A DNA stretch of 62,906 bases. Origin: an archaeon (lineage in GTDB: Archaea > Thermoplasmatota > Thermoplasmata > WALJ01). A model generated the notes under the pieces. That model was not told the DNA's origin. It did no database searches and worked only from the letters and a program-made list of their open reading frames with translations. The DNA is taken from assembly GCA_024278375.1 (NCBI GenBank), contig JAJRTH010000093.1, forward strand, positions 1-62,906. The letters run 5' to 3'. A program made the position numbers and the translations under genes. Of the stretch, positions 26,906 to 35,960 are shown piece after piece; position 1 is the stretch's first letter; each line of letters starts with the position of its first letter.

Positions 26906-28402
26906 GTGAAGAGCGCTACACATCGAAGCACGAAAAGCCTGATTATAAAAGGGCTCAAGGACCTCTCCGAAAACAAGGAAGCGAGGAGAAAAGTGGATGA
27001 GAGTTATTTCAAGGAGCTGAAAGGCAAGGAACACTGGATGCTTTACCTGCTGATGTATGCCATTGACAATATGGAGAATGAGCTCTTCAGTGCCATTGAG
27101 GGACTTTCCAACGAGCAGAAGAGGTTCGAAGCCCAGACGTTCAAGGCCATAAAGGAGGAGAGAGAGGCACTTATAAAGGTTAGGAAATCCATAGAGAACA
27201 ACCTCAGAACATTCGAGGAGAAGATGGCGGAACTACTGGACAGACGCATGGCGGAGCAGAAAGAGGAGATTGCCAAGGAGTTAGAGAACCTCCTGGAAGG
27301 CACGCTGAACAAATCGCTCAGGGAAATCGACGAATCGATTTCCGATCTGTCCACAACAATCCAGAACATGTCCTCGGGATTTTCCGACACCTACAAACTG
27401 GTATCACACAATCAGAGCATGATTGCCAAGATCGGTAAAAAACTCGAGGAGATAAGCGAGGACATCTCCGCTCTCGACGAGAGGATCGGTATCGAAATAT
27501 CGAGAATACCGGGTGCGGAGGGCGCTGCAAAGGCCATGAAGGAGCTTGAAAGGAGCATCGAATCCATGAAGGCCATATCCGGAGATGTGGAAAAGATAAA
27601 AGCCGCTCTGGAAGGGCTTGAGGGGCTTGACAAAATATCACGGTTCTCGGATGTGGTGGAGGGGCTTGAAAAAGAGGTCGAAGAGGTCAAGAACGGGCTG
27701 GATTCCCTCAATTCCGTGATGTCCGAGAAAATCGCTGAGGCCATGAGGAGCGCGGGTGCATCGGCGGAACTCTAGAGAAGAATCAAGGAGTTGGGTGACA
27801 AGGTAGATTCCATAAACATAGACCGTATCTCCGAATCGTTGAAGGGGCTCGAAGGCCTCGATCAGATAGCCTCCCAGGTCGAGGATGTCAGGAAAAGGCT
27901 GGGATCTTTTGAGGAGCTGGGGGATTTCTACGGCGAAATAGACGATTTGAGAAAGAAACTGGAAAGCATAAAGACCATAGAGGACGAAGTTAAAAGAGAC
28001 ATGGACGTTCTGAGGAGGGTTGTCGGGGAATTCGAGGAGGTGGCCTCTCTGACCGAGATGCTGGGAGAGATGTCTTCCAGAGTCAAGAAAGTGGAAGAGT
28101 TCGGTGAAAAACTGAGTTCCATCGATATCCAAGGCCTTAAAGACAAAATCGAATCCGCCGGTATTGCTTCGTTCGACCCCGCTCTGATTGAGAAACTCGA
28201 TTCCATAGGCGCTCTAGCTGAAGAAATCGAGACCCTTAAACCGATAAAGAAAGAGGTTGCTTCCCTCCAGGAGAAGGTTATGGAGATAGAGAAAAAGGTG
28301 GATATGATACTGAAATCCACGAACAAACATCTTGATGTAGTGGAAAAGAACCTCAAAGCGGAGATTGCGAAGTTAAGGGGAGAGGGTGGTGGAAGTGGAT
28401 AG
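26906..28402 (+). CDS. long coiled-coil protein; two same-frame ORFs joined by a single in-frame TAG (27773-27775)
   Basis: ORFs 26906-27775 and 27791-28402 are in the same frame, with only TAG plus 5 sense codons between them ('...AGASAEL*RRIKELGDKVDSI...'). Both halves carry the motif L(E/K)GLEGLD(K/Q)I. The second half has only a TTG start, with no properly spaced SD. Confidence 0.55.
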
Positions 28403-28425
28403 AGGGGTTTATAGGGGATTCTAGG

Positions 28426-28830
28426 ATGGTTAGATGTGAGAATTGTGGGGAGATAATTTCAATACATAATGATGTCTGCCCTTACTGTGGAGCGCTGCAG
28501 AGACGAGGCAAAAAGATTGGTGAGAAAACATCTGGCATAGCTATATTCAAGGCGCTGATTGTTGGTCTTTCATTAATGTTTCTTGGTATGGTTTTAGGCT
28601 TATTCACCTTTGGTCTTTTAGGAATGGGCATAGGTACTCTTTCCGGTTTATCTCTAGGGCTATGCCTCGGTACAAAAATGTATTTACCCAATCAATCAAA
28701 AACCCCCACAAAAACACCAATAACCTCTGTTCTTATTCTTCTTATAGTCTTCTTCGTTACTTTCATTTTAATATTTTTGGTCTTCTCTATGACTCCGTAT
28801 CAACCGCCTAAAAAAAGAAACATTTTGTAG
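28426..28830 (+). CDS. N-terminal zinc-ribbon membrane protein
   Basis: 134-aa ORF. 'CENCG...CPYCG' ribbon followed by about 3 TM helices. AT-rich region. TAG stop. See the A7 run at 28810-28816. Confidence 0.5.
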   Translation: MVRCENCGEIISIHNDVCPYCGALQRRGKKIGEKTSGIAIFKALIVGLSLMFLGMVLGLFTFGLLGMGIGTLSGLSLGLCLGTKMYLPNQSKTPTKTPITSVLILLIVFFVTFILIFLVFSMTPYQPPKKRNIL

Positions 28831-29018
28831 AAGTCTATGTTTATTATGATGATAATTGGGAGGGCGTACTTGGGTGGGGGGAGAGTACAAGCTCTGAAAG
28901 TGGATATGGAAATGCAAAATTTTGGGGAAACTTATCTGATGGGGATTTTGTTTATATCTCCACCCAGAAATGGGATGAGAGCAATAAGGAAATAAGAGTA
29001 GAGAGAGATATATGTTGA
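28812..29018 (+). other. start-less ORF in the -1 frame that would extend the zinc-ribbon membrane gene
   Basis: 68 codons with no ATG/GTG/TTG ('KKKHFVEVYVYYDDNWEGVLGWGESTSSESGYGNAKFWGNLSDGDFVYISTQKWDESNKEIRVERDIC'). It opens inside the A7 run of the upstream gene. Confidence 0.35.
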
Positions 29019-29102
29019 TGGAGTTCTTAAGAGAATTGCTTCTACAGAATCCCCTTATGGAATAGCCTCAACATATATGACTATTTAGTGCTCTTTTTTA
29101 CT

Positions 29103-30098
29103 TTACAGCCTCACTCTTTTTATCTTCAGATATCTCGGTTTTTCTGAGGCCTCCGCCAGCAGAAAGTTCTTCTTCACCCCATGGGCTAGCCTAACCCCTC
29201 TGCTTATCTCGGGCCATGTGCCGACATAGTTCTCAGGGACTGCGTGGACAAGATATGGGGCGTGGTGTTCTATGTCTCTCACATAAACCCTGAAATGCGT
29301 GCCGTATTTGAAACCGGTTTTCACGATCAGCCCTCTGTCCCTGAGATCGGAGTATATTCTGATTTTCCGTTCAAACTCAGGGTCACTCACACACATTTCC
29401 TTTATTATACCCTCCGCAGATCTGGTTTTTCCCCCCACATCCTTTATTTCAGTGATGCCTTTCCTCTCCAAATATACACATTCTATGGCGGAAAGATGCA
29501 GATTCTTTTCTATTATTTTCCCGTAGAACCCTTTTTTATGGATGCCTCCGAAATCCTCCGCGAACCCCATCTCGCCCAGAAACATCACGTATACGTTCTC
29601 CTCGGACCGCAGTTTCAGGGGCCCCCAGGGATCCTCTCTTTCAATTGAGTAGTAAGTTAGGTCCCCATCGCCGTCAACGACCGCGAATATTCTTTTACCA
29701 TCTCCCACCTTCTCGAATATATCGTCGAATGAAAAAGTCACCCTCTCATAAACAGGCACTATAAGATATTCGTTCTCCTCTACCCCCCGTACTGCCTTTA
29801 TGTGCCCGTTCTCTCTCACCATGAATCCTCTCTTCCTTAAATCGCGATATACCAGGTACCTAACCTCAAAATCATGGGTTCTCTCAACAGCGTATCTGAG
29901 AAACTCGCTGAGAGTTAAATTCTCGACAGTTAGTTTTCCCTCATTCATGAGATAAAATGCTTCCACGAACGTGAGAGAGAGAGCGCCGCCTTTTATGAAC
30001 TCTCCGGTCTGGCCTTTGCTGTGAATCTTTCCCGCCTCTACAACATCTCTGACAATAACCCTCCCATCACTAATGATGCCTGTGAAGGACTCCCTCAA
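29103..30098 (-). CDS. endA: tRNA-splicing endonuclease (two-repeat type)
   Basis: 331-aa ORF. Catalytic C-terminal unit 'GLIVKTGFKYGTHFRVY...HAPYLVHAV' plus a degenerate N-terminal copy. Confidence 0.85.
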   Translation of the reverse strand: MRESFTGIISDGRVIVRDVVEAGKIHSKGQTGEFIKGGALSLTFVEAFYLMNEGKLTVENLTLSEFLRYAVERTHDFEVRYLVYRDLRKRGFMVRENGHIKAVRGVEENEYLIVPVYERVTFSFDDIFEKVGDGKRIFAVVDGDGDLTYYSIEREDPWGPLKLRSEENVYVMFLGEMGFAEDFGGIHKKGFYGKIIEKNLHLSAIECVYLERKGITEIKDVGGKTRSAEGIIKEMCVSDPEFERKIRIYSDLRDRGLIVKTGFKYGTHFRVYVRDIEHHAPYLVHAVPENYVGTWPEISRGVRLAHGVKKNFLLAEASEKPRYLKIKRVRL

Positions 30099-30119
30099 AA
30101 TCCCACCTTAATAGGACTC

Positions 30120-30461
30120 TCAGGTGCTCTCCATAAGTTTTTCGCCACCTTTCTTCACAGAGACCCTCTTCGGGAAATATCGCAGTATGATGATATCACC
30201 TATGGCCTGAACCCATCTGTAGGGGACGTTCACGGACATAGAGTCCTCTACGAGAAGGGGGTTCGTATCGCCTATAAACAGGCCGTAGACCTTCTGGGTA
30301 TCAAGGTCCAGGACAACGTTGTCGACATTGCCCAGAAAGATTCCGTCTGAGGTGTATACCTGAAGTCCTATGAGTTCCGATATCTCTTCGAGCATGATTT
30401 TTTCCTCCTTGGAGTTTTCACCGTTATTACATATCTCGTCTATATACTTTTTGTCTCTCAC
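30120..30461 (-). CDS. PRC-barrel domain protein
   Basis: 113-aa ORF. 'LIGLQVYTSDGIFLGNVDNVVLDLDTQKVYGL' is a typical PRC barrel. Confidence 0.65.
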   Translation of the reverse strand: MRDKKYIDEICNNGENSKEEKIMLEEISELIGLQVYTSDGIFLGNVDNVVLDLDTQKVYGLFIGDTNPLLVEDSMSVNVPYRWVQAIGDIIILRYFPKRVSVKKGGEKLMEST

Positions 30462-30507
30462 GAGCGGCGGGGCGGAGAATGCCCCACTCTCCAGAGTAGA
30501 TGCAGGG

Positions 30508-31461
30508 TCAGTCCGTGATTCCCTCTTCCATTATTCTCAGGACAGCTTCGCCCTCGGGAAGGTTCGGTGAATCTATGAGTCTGGCGATTCTCTTGTCTCC
30601 CTTTGATTTTCTGAGATATACCCTGAACGTTGCTGTGTGTCCGACTATGTGCCCTCCTATCGGCCTTGTCGGATCCCCGAAGAAGGCATCCGGCTTTGCA
30701 GCGACTTGGTTGGTCACACATATGGCGGCATTGTTCAGCGTTGCGAACTTCAGGAGTTTGTGCATGTGCTGGTTCAATAGCTGCTGCCTTTCCGCAAGAG
30801 CACCTCTTCCGACATATTCCGCCCTGAAATGAGCGGTCAGGGAATCCACTATGACAAGCTTTATAGGCCTTTCCTTTGCAATCTCAAACAGTTTGTCCAC
30901 AAGAAGTATCTGATGACTTGAGTTGTATGCTCTGGCAACATGTATCTTCTAGAGCACGTCTTCCGGATTTATGTCTATACCCAGCCTCTTCGCAGTACCT
31001 TCCACCATCTGCACTATTCTTTCCGGTCTGAAGGTGTTCTCCGTATCTATCATGGCAACCTCTCCTTCCAGGCCCCCGTATTCCTTTGAGAGAGTGGTAT
31101 TCACGGCCAGCTGATGCATGACCTGCGTCTTTCCGGACCCGAACTCGCCGAAGAACTCGGTTATGGACTCTGTCTCGACGCCCCCACCCAGGAGGTCATC
31201 GAAGGCTTTCGAGCCCGTGGTAACCTTCCTTATCTCCTTCCTTCTCTCCATTATCTCGGTACCGCTCTCAAAATCTCCGATATCGGCGGCCCTTTTAGCC
31301 GCATTTATTATCTTCGCAGCTATCCCCTCTCCTATCTCTGCGATTTCCGCAAGATTTCTCGGGGATTCCACGGCTATTGCCATTATGCTGTCATATCCTG
31401 CGTCTTTGAGCTTCTCGGCGGTCGCAGGCCCCACGCCGGGTAATTTTTCTATTTCATCCAT
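30508..31461 (-). CDS. radA: DNA repair and recombination protein RadA, interrupted by one in-frame TAG at 30949-30951
   Basis: The N-terminal ORF (30949-31461) has the HhH domain and Walker A 'GEFGSGKTQ'. The same frame continues after TAG as '[49 protein letters not shown]...' to TGA at 30508. The total of 318 codons matches the usual RadA length. Confidence 0.9.
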
Positions 31462-31515
31462 TTTGTCACCGCACAGTGATTCGTAAGGTGATTTATAAAA
31501 CTATTTAGGAGGTGA

Positions 31516-31764
31516 GTGAAAGTGAAACACTGGAAGTCTGTCAGAACTTTAAGGAAAGAAATATCGTGCTTTCATATATGGCACCGAGGAAGCAAGTTAA
31601 CATCATTGACATTACCGAACAACATAAATATAACCTATGCATATCTTCCAAATAGTGATAGAATTATGAGGGACAACAGAGATGTAATACTTCATCAATC
31701 CTATGAGGAGAAAGAGATGCCCTTCAATACAGACGGCCTATTTGGTAAAGAGGCGAGTGAATGA
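31516..31764 (+). CDS. hypothetical small protein (doubtful)
   Basis: 82-aa GTG ORF preceded by a strong SD 'AGGAGGTGA' (31507-31515). Its stop overlaps the next ATG (ATGA). Composition is not obviously protein-like. Confidence 0.2.
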   Translation: MKVKHWKSVRTLRKEISCFHIWHRGSKLTSLTLPNNINITYAYLPNSDRIMRDNRDVILHQSYEEKEMPFNTDGLFGKEASE

Positions 31765-32942
31765 GGAGGACGAAGATTGTCACGGTCACGATTCTTCTTT
31801 CGATGCTGTTCTTTACCATGCCTTTTTTGGTGGTCAGTGCTAAGGAATGGGAACCCAGAGAGCCGATAGAGATCCATAGAGGAGCAGTGAATGAAAGCAC
31901 AAAGTGGTATGATTATGGGATTTCTTGGTCCTCAGATGGGGAATATTTTGCATTTAGATGTATGTGCGAGCCAAAGCTTACGGTTGTGAATACAGACAAT
32001 GGCAAGATTGTGTTCTCAAAAAATTATTCTCCCTGTTTTGACTTAGCGGCCTTGAAATTTTCACCGGACGGAAGATATTTGGCTGTCGGCTCATCGAAAA
32101 CTCTAGAAATCTTTAATACAGATGGCTGGGGACTTGTAAAAAATTATAGTGCTTATGCATATTCTCTTTCTTGGAGCCCGAACGGAAGATATTTGGCCTA
32201 TCCAGCAACTATGGGCGGCAATATTGGAATAATAGACACCAGAAACTGGGAGATATCTCATGAATTCAAAAATAAGTCGGGGATTGTGTCTTGGTCTTCA
32301 GATGGGAAATATATCGCATATGCTTCTTCGGGATATGTAGGCATAATAAATGCCTTGACCTGGAATGAAACCCTATTGTTGAGGCTTCCTTCGATGTTGT
32401 CTGTGGTCGAATGTCTCGAATGGTCACCTGATTCTAGATATCTGGTTGCAGGAGAACTTGGAGGCTCTCTTCAGATCTGGAATACAAGCACATGGCATAT
32501 CGAGAATACTGTGGAGTTTGCACACGGAATACCTTTTTCTCTCTCATGGAATCCCAATAAGCCCATTCTTGCTGTTGGTTTGGACTCGAATATGCTGGCT
32601 GAGGATTCGATTCCAAAGCTATATCTCATAGACACGGAAAACTGGAGTATAGAGATAGAAATGAAACCCATAAATGAAACTGACCTTGCCTCTCTTAATA
32701 AAGACCCCAACTGGATAAATTTTTATTCTGTTGCTTGGTCTCCAGACGGAAATTCTCTTGCTGTCGGTTATAAAGACGTTATAGTTTATACAACGGAGAG
32801 AGGGCTCTTCGAACCCGAAGAGACAACAATGCTAGACACTTATTTATGGGCCCCTCTCGCTATGGTAATGCTAGTAGCGATTTCCGGCGGAGCAATATGG
32901 TACTGGAAGAAGGGAAGAAGCAAAACTAAAGATAAAAAATAG
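31761..32942 (+). CDS. secreted/anchored WD40-like beta-propeller repeat protein
   Basis: 393-aa ORF with a signal-like N-terminus and 7 repeats of the type 'SWS(P/S)DG(R/K)Y(L/I)A'. C-terminal TM helix plus a Lys-rich tail. TAG then TGA tandem stops. Confidence 0.65.
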   Translation: MRRTKIVTVTILLSMLFFTMPFLVVSAKEWEPREPIEIHRGAVNESTKWYDYGISWSSDGEYFAFRCMCEPKLTVVNTDNGKIVFSKNYSPCFDLAALKFSPDGRYLAVGSSKTLEIFNTDGWGLVKNYSAYAYSLSWSPNGRYLAYPATMGGNIGIIDTRNWEISHEFKNKSGIVSWSSDGKYIAYASSGYVGIINALTWNETLLLRLPSMLSVVECLEWSPDSRYLVAGELGGSLQIWNTSTWHIENTVEFAHGIPFSLSWNPNKPILAVGLDSNMLAEDSIPKLYLIDTENWSIEIEMKPINETDLASLNKDPNWINFYSVAWSPDGNSLAVGYKDVIVYTTERGLFEPEETTMLDTYLWAPLAMVMLVAISGGAIWYWKKGRSKTKDKK

Positions 32943-32973
32943 TGACTTTAGAACAGTTCTTATGAACACAATC

Positions 32974-33408
32974 TTAGAATTCCCTCTTTATCGGGCTCCA
33001 GAAGGTGGAATGACATTTCTCGCAGTATGTTGCATCCTTTTCCACCTCCGCACCGCATTCAGGGCAGAAATATCTCTCCTTTCCGGTAAAGAATGTCGTT
33101 CCGCAGTTAGGGCACACCTCCTCATCAGCAGATACCCTCTCACCACAGTTCCCGCATACATAGATCCCTATCAGAAAGTGTGCTCCGCAGCCGGGACATC
33201 TGGAACTTGTGGCGTCCACCTCCGCGCCACACTTAGGGCACATAAACGGCAGAATCCTTTTACTCTCGGGTTTTATGATGGTTAGTGCCTTCTTCAGGAT
33301 TTCTTTCACGGCCGTGAAAGCCTCTCTTTTTATAAATATTTCCCGCCCTCGCCTATGGTCGAATCCGCAAAAGGAAATGGCACTATGAGTGACAAGCAAT
33401 AGCCTCAT
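32974..33408 (-). CDS. multi-zinc-ribbon protein
   Basis: Repeated CxxC pairs ('CPKCG..CPGCG', 'CGNCG..CPNCG', 'CPECG..CEKC'). Its ATG overlaps the RFC stop (ATGA). Met-56 (33243) is an alternative start. Confidence 0.5.
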   Translation of the reverse strand: MRLLLVTHSAISFCGFDHRRGREIFIKREAFTAVKEILKKALTIIKPESKRILPFMCPKCGAEVDATSSRCPGCGAHFLIGIYVCGNCGERVSADEEVCPNCGTTFFTGKERYFCPECGAEVEKDATYCEKCHSTFWSPIKREF

Positions 33409-34814
33409 CCTCGGTTGCTTCCACCGAAACTGAAAAGTGTCACTTGGGAACTCCTTCTCTCTTTGTGAGGGGCTCTACCTTTCATAGCTTCTTTAACGGC
33501 ATATTTTGCCTTTGCGGAATCCCCTATCAGATATTCTACCTCCTCCTCTTCCAGTCTCAGGGAATATATAATTTCATACATGAAATCCTCGTCCCTGTTG
33601 AACATTATCTGAAAATAGGGGAGAACGTCGTGGAGCGCTCTTTCCGTGGTCGTGTGCATGTGTTTTGCCATCTTAATGGCCAGGGACTTCCTGACTTTTC
33701 TGACTCCTCTGCTCCGTCCCATGCTCAGTATCCACTGTGGAAAAAAACTGGAAGGAAAGCGCTCTTTCTCCTTCATGAATATCAGGGACGCACCCATCTC
33801 TTCGGTGGCATAGGTCCATAGAGAGTACTGCCCTCTTCTGTATACTCGAGAAAGATGTATTTCCGCATTTGACAGATGCCTGTATCCTCTGAACAGATCG
33901 GTCCTGGAAGCGGCCAATCGGGGGAGAACCTCATCTATCCATGTGAGCAATGTGTTCGGATCCTCGCCTATGTCCATAAGGGCCCTCCTGGCATCCTTTA
34001 TTTTTCCCGAGAATGCGGCGGTTTTTATACCCTCCCGGATGTCCACCTCTCTGTCCCTGGCACCGGCATCTGCGGCATTCTCGGCGGACAGTCCCGAATA
34101 TGCGAACGACTGCAAGTCATTGACAGCCCCCCTAACATCCCCTCGGGCACGATAGGCAATCTCCGCTATGAGTTTTCTATCGACCTCGAGCCCTTCTTTT
34201 TGCGCTATCTCCAGAAGTACCTTCTCTATGTCCTTTTCATCCGGTTTTCTGAACTTCACAACGGTGGCGGGGGAGCGTTTTCCCTTGAAAACAGAGGATC
34301 TTTTCTGGAGGGCATAGAGGTCATTGACTATCAAAATCATGGGCTGCGAGCCCTTTCTTATGGCCTCTACTATGGCCTGCACGCCTCCTCTGTCCTCTCT
34401 GCCCGAGAGATTGTCCGCTTCATCAAGAATTATGAGCTTCCGCTCACCATCTCTCGAGAGCGTGAAACTGCCATCTTCCCTGAATCCCTCTGTCATCGCA
34501 CCTGCCAGGACGATTTCCCTGACGATTTCCCCGCTCCTTTTGTCAGAGGCGTTGAGCTCTATCACGCTCCACCCGAGTTCGTTGGCAAGTGCAAGGGCGC
34601 TCGTGGTTTTCCCAACACCCGGGGGTCCGGCGAGAATGAGAGCCTTCTTTCTCATTATCTCGTCCTTTGCTTCCGCACCCTTCTTAAGCGGTATCCCTTC
34701 TATCCAACCCTTGGCCCAGAGTTTCATCTTCCGTATGGCATCCCTGTTACCAACGACCTCATCCAGTGTTCGGGGCCTGTACTTCTCTGTCCATTCTATG
34801 GAATCAGTGCTCAC
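33405..34814 (-). CDS. rfcL: replication factor C large subunit
   Basis: 469-aa ORF. Walker A 'AGPPGVGKTT', 'IILDEADN', and AAA+ clamp-loader layout. Confidence 0.85.
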   Translation of the reverse strand: MSTDSIEWTEKYRPRTLDEVVGNRDAIRKMKLWAKGWIEGIPLKKGAEAKDEIMRKKALILAGPPGVGKTTSALALANELGWSVIELNASDKRSGEIVREIVLAGAMTEGFREDGSFTLSRDGERKLIILDEADNLSGREDRGGVQAIVEAIRKGSQPMILIVNDLYALQKRSSVFKGKRSPATVVKFRKPDEKDIEKVLLEIAQKEGLEVDRKLIAEIAYRARGDVRGAVNDLQSFAYSGLSAENAADAGARDREVDIREGIKTAAFSGKIKDARRALMDIGEDPNTLLTWIDEVLPRLAASRTDLFRGYRHLSNAEIHLSRVYRRGQYSLWTYATEEMGASLIFMKEKERFPSSFFPQWILSMGRSRGVRKVRKSLAIKMAKHMHTTTERALHDVLPYFQIMFNRDEDFMYEIIYSLRLEEEEVEYLIGDSAKAKYAVKEAMKGRAPHKERRSSQVTLFSFGGSNRG

Positions 34815-34885
34815 GATAGCACATAGCTTCCATGATTAAAAGGTTTTTCAAAAGCACAGAATGAGAGCAGTCAAAAATAATAAAT

Positions 34886-35434
34886 ATGAAACTTCCGTTA
34901 TACTCTTTAATGAAAAATGATAAGAGATATGCAGTTGCTCTTATACTCTTCATAGTCATATCCGTCTCTTTGCTGTTCTTTGTAGCCGGTGTATTTTATC
35001 TGAGAGAGAATCCTCTTTTTGAATCTGAAAAATCAGAAGGACGCATAAAGGAGATAGATACAAATGAAATACAAATCAGTACCAAAGAGTTTATGAAAAT
35101 AAATTTTACTTCTTTGAAATACAATATGAATCAGGCAGGCTTTGATTGGAGAAATTTTACTTATGGAAACAAAACAGGATATATCGCAGAAAAGCAGATT
35201 GTAGATGACGGTTTTCTAGTCATCGAAATATACCTAAACAATAGCACCAACACCTCATATCTCGTAGGATATTACAGTCTCACATGCTCAAAACCACAAT
35301 ATTTTCTTCAAGAGAAAGAAAATTCCATCAAGGAAAGCATGGAAAAAGTGGCAGAAATATGCGGTATATCAGTGGATATAGGCTCAATAGAATGGACTGT
35401 GTACTACACTTCCTCATGGCCAACCGATTGCTGA
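34886..35434 (+). CDS. N-terminally anchored extracytoplasmic protein, unknown function
   Basis: 182-aa ORF in an AT-rich islet. One N-terminal TM helix and several N-x-S/T sequons. Confidence 0.4.
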   Translation: MKLPLYSLMKNDKRYAVALILFIVISVSLLFFVAGVFYLRENPLFESEKSEGRIKEIDTNEIQISTKEFMKINFTSLKYNMNQAGFDWRNFTYGNKTGYIAEKQIVDDGFLVIEIYLNNSTNTSYLVGYYSLTCSKPQYFLQEKENSIKESMEKVAEICGISVDIGSIEWTVYYTSSWPTDC

Positions 35435-35507
35435 TGCCTCATTATGTTCTATGTCATTATATCGTCTCTATAGATACCTACTTACTGCAATTCATAGCCC
35501 GCACTCC

Positions 35508-35927
35508 TTATCTTTTCCTGTATGGTTCAGTCACATTTTCGTTTTTTACCACCCATTTATGTTTTTCATGCATTATCCTATCCTTTCCTTTCTCCGTTTT
35601 ATGGGCCTCTGATTTCGTTTCCTCAGATAGTGGAGTATCCTCCCATTTTTTCACTATTTCTCTGGCTTTCTCCCTCTCTTCCCTGCTCACAAGCAGGTTC
35701 TTCCAGGAGAATACGAAATATATCACATATAAGAGCGCCCCTATGAACGGCACCGCAAAGGCAAGAAAGGCCCAGACCATTGGAGGCTCTATCCCGCTGA
35801 TAAGGGCATGAAAATAGACGATTGATGCGAGGACAAGACTCATAGCGTATAGATATCCGTACTTCAGCATGAAGTCATACACTGCGGCATACATGTTCAG
35901 GGGAACGACGCTCGGAGAGCACATCAT
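35508..35927 (-). CDS. membrane protein, unknown function (PLDc_N-like helices)
   Basis: 139-aa ORF. Two or three TM helices ('FIGALLYVIYFVFSW'), then a charged tail. Confidence 0.4.
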   Translation of the reverse strand: MMCSPSVVPLNMYAAVYDFMLKYGYLYAMSLVLASIVYFHALISGIEPPMVWAFLAFAVPFIGALLYVIYFVFSWKNLLVSREEREKAREIVKKWEDTPLSEETKSEAHKTEKGKDRIMHEKHKWVVKNENVTEPYRKR

Positions 35928-35960
35928 GAATATATCGTTTCATATAGTTATATAAAAAAT

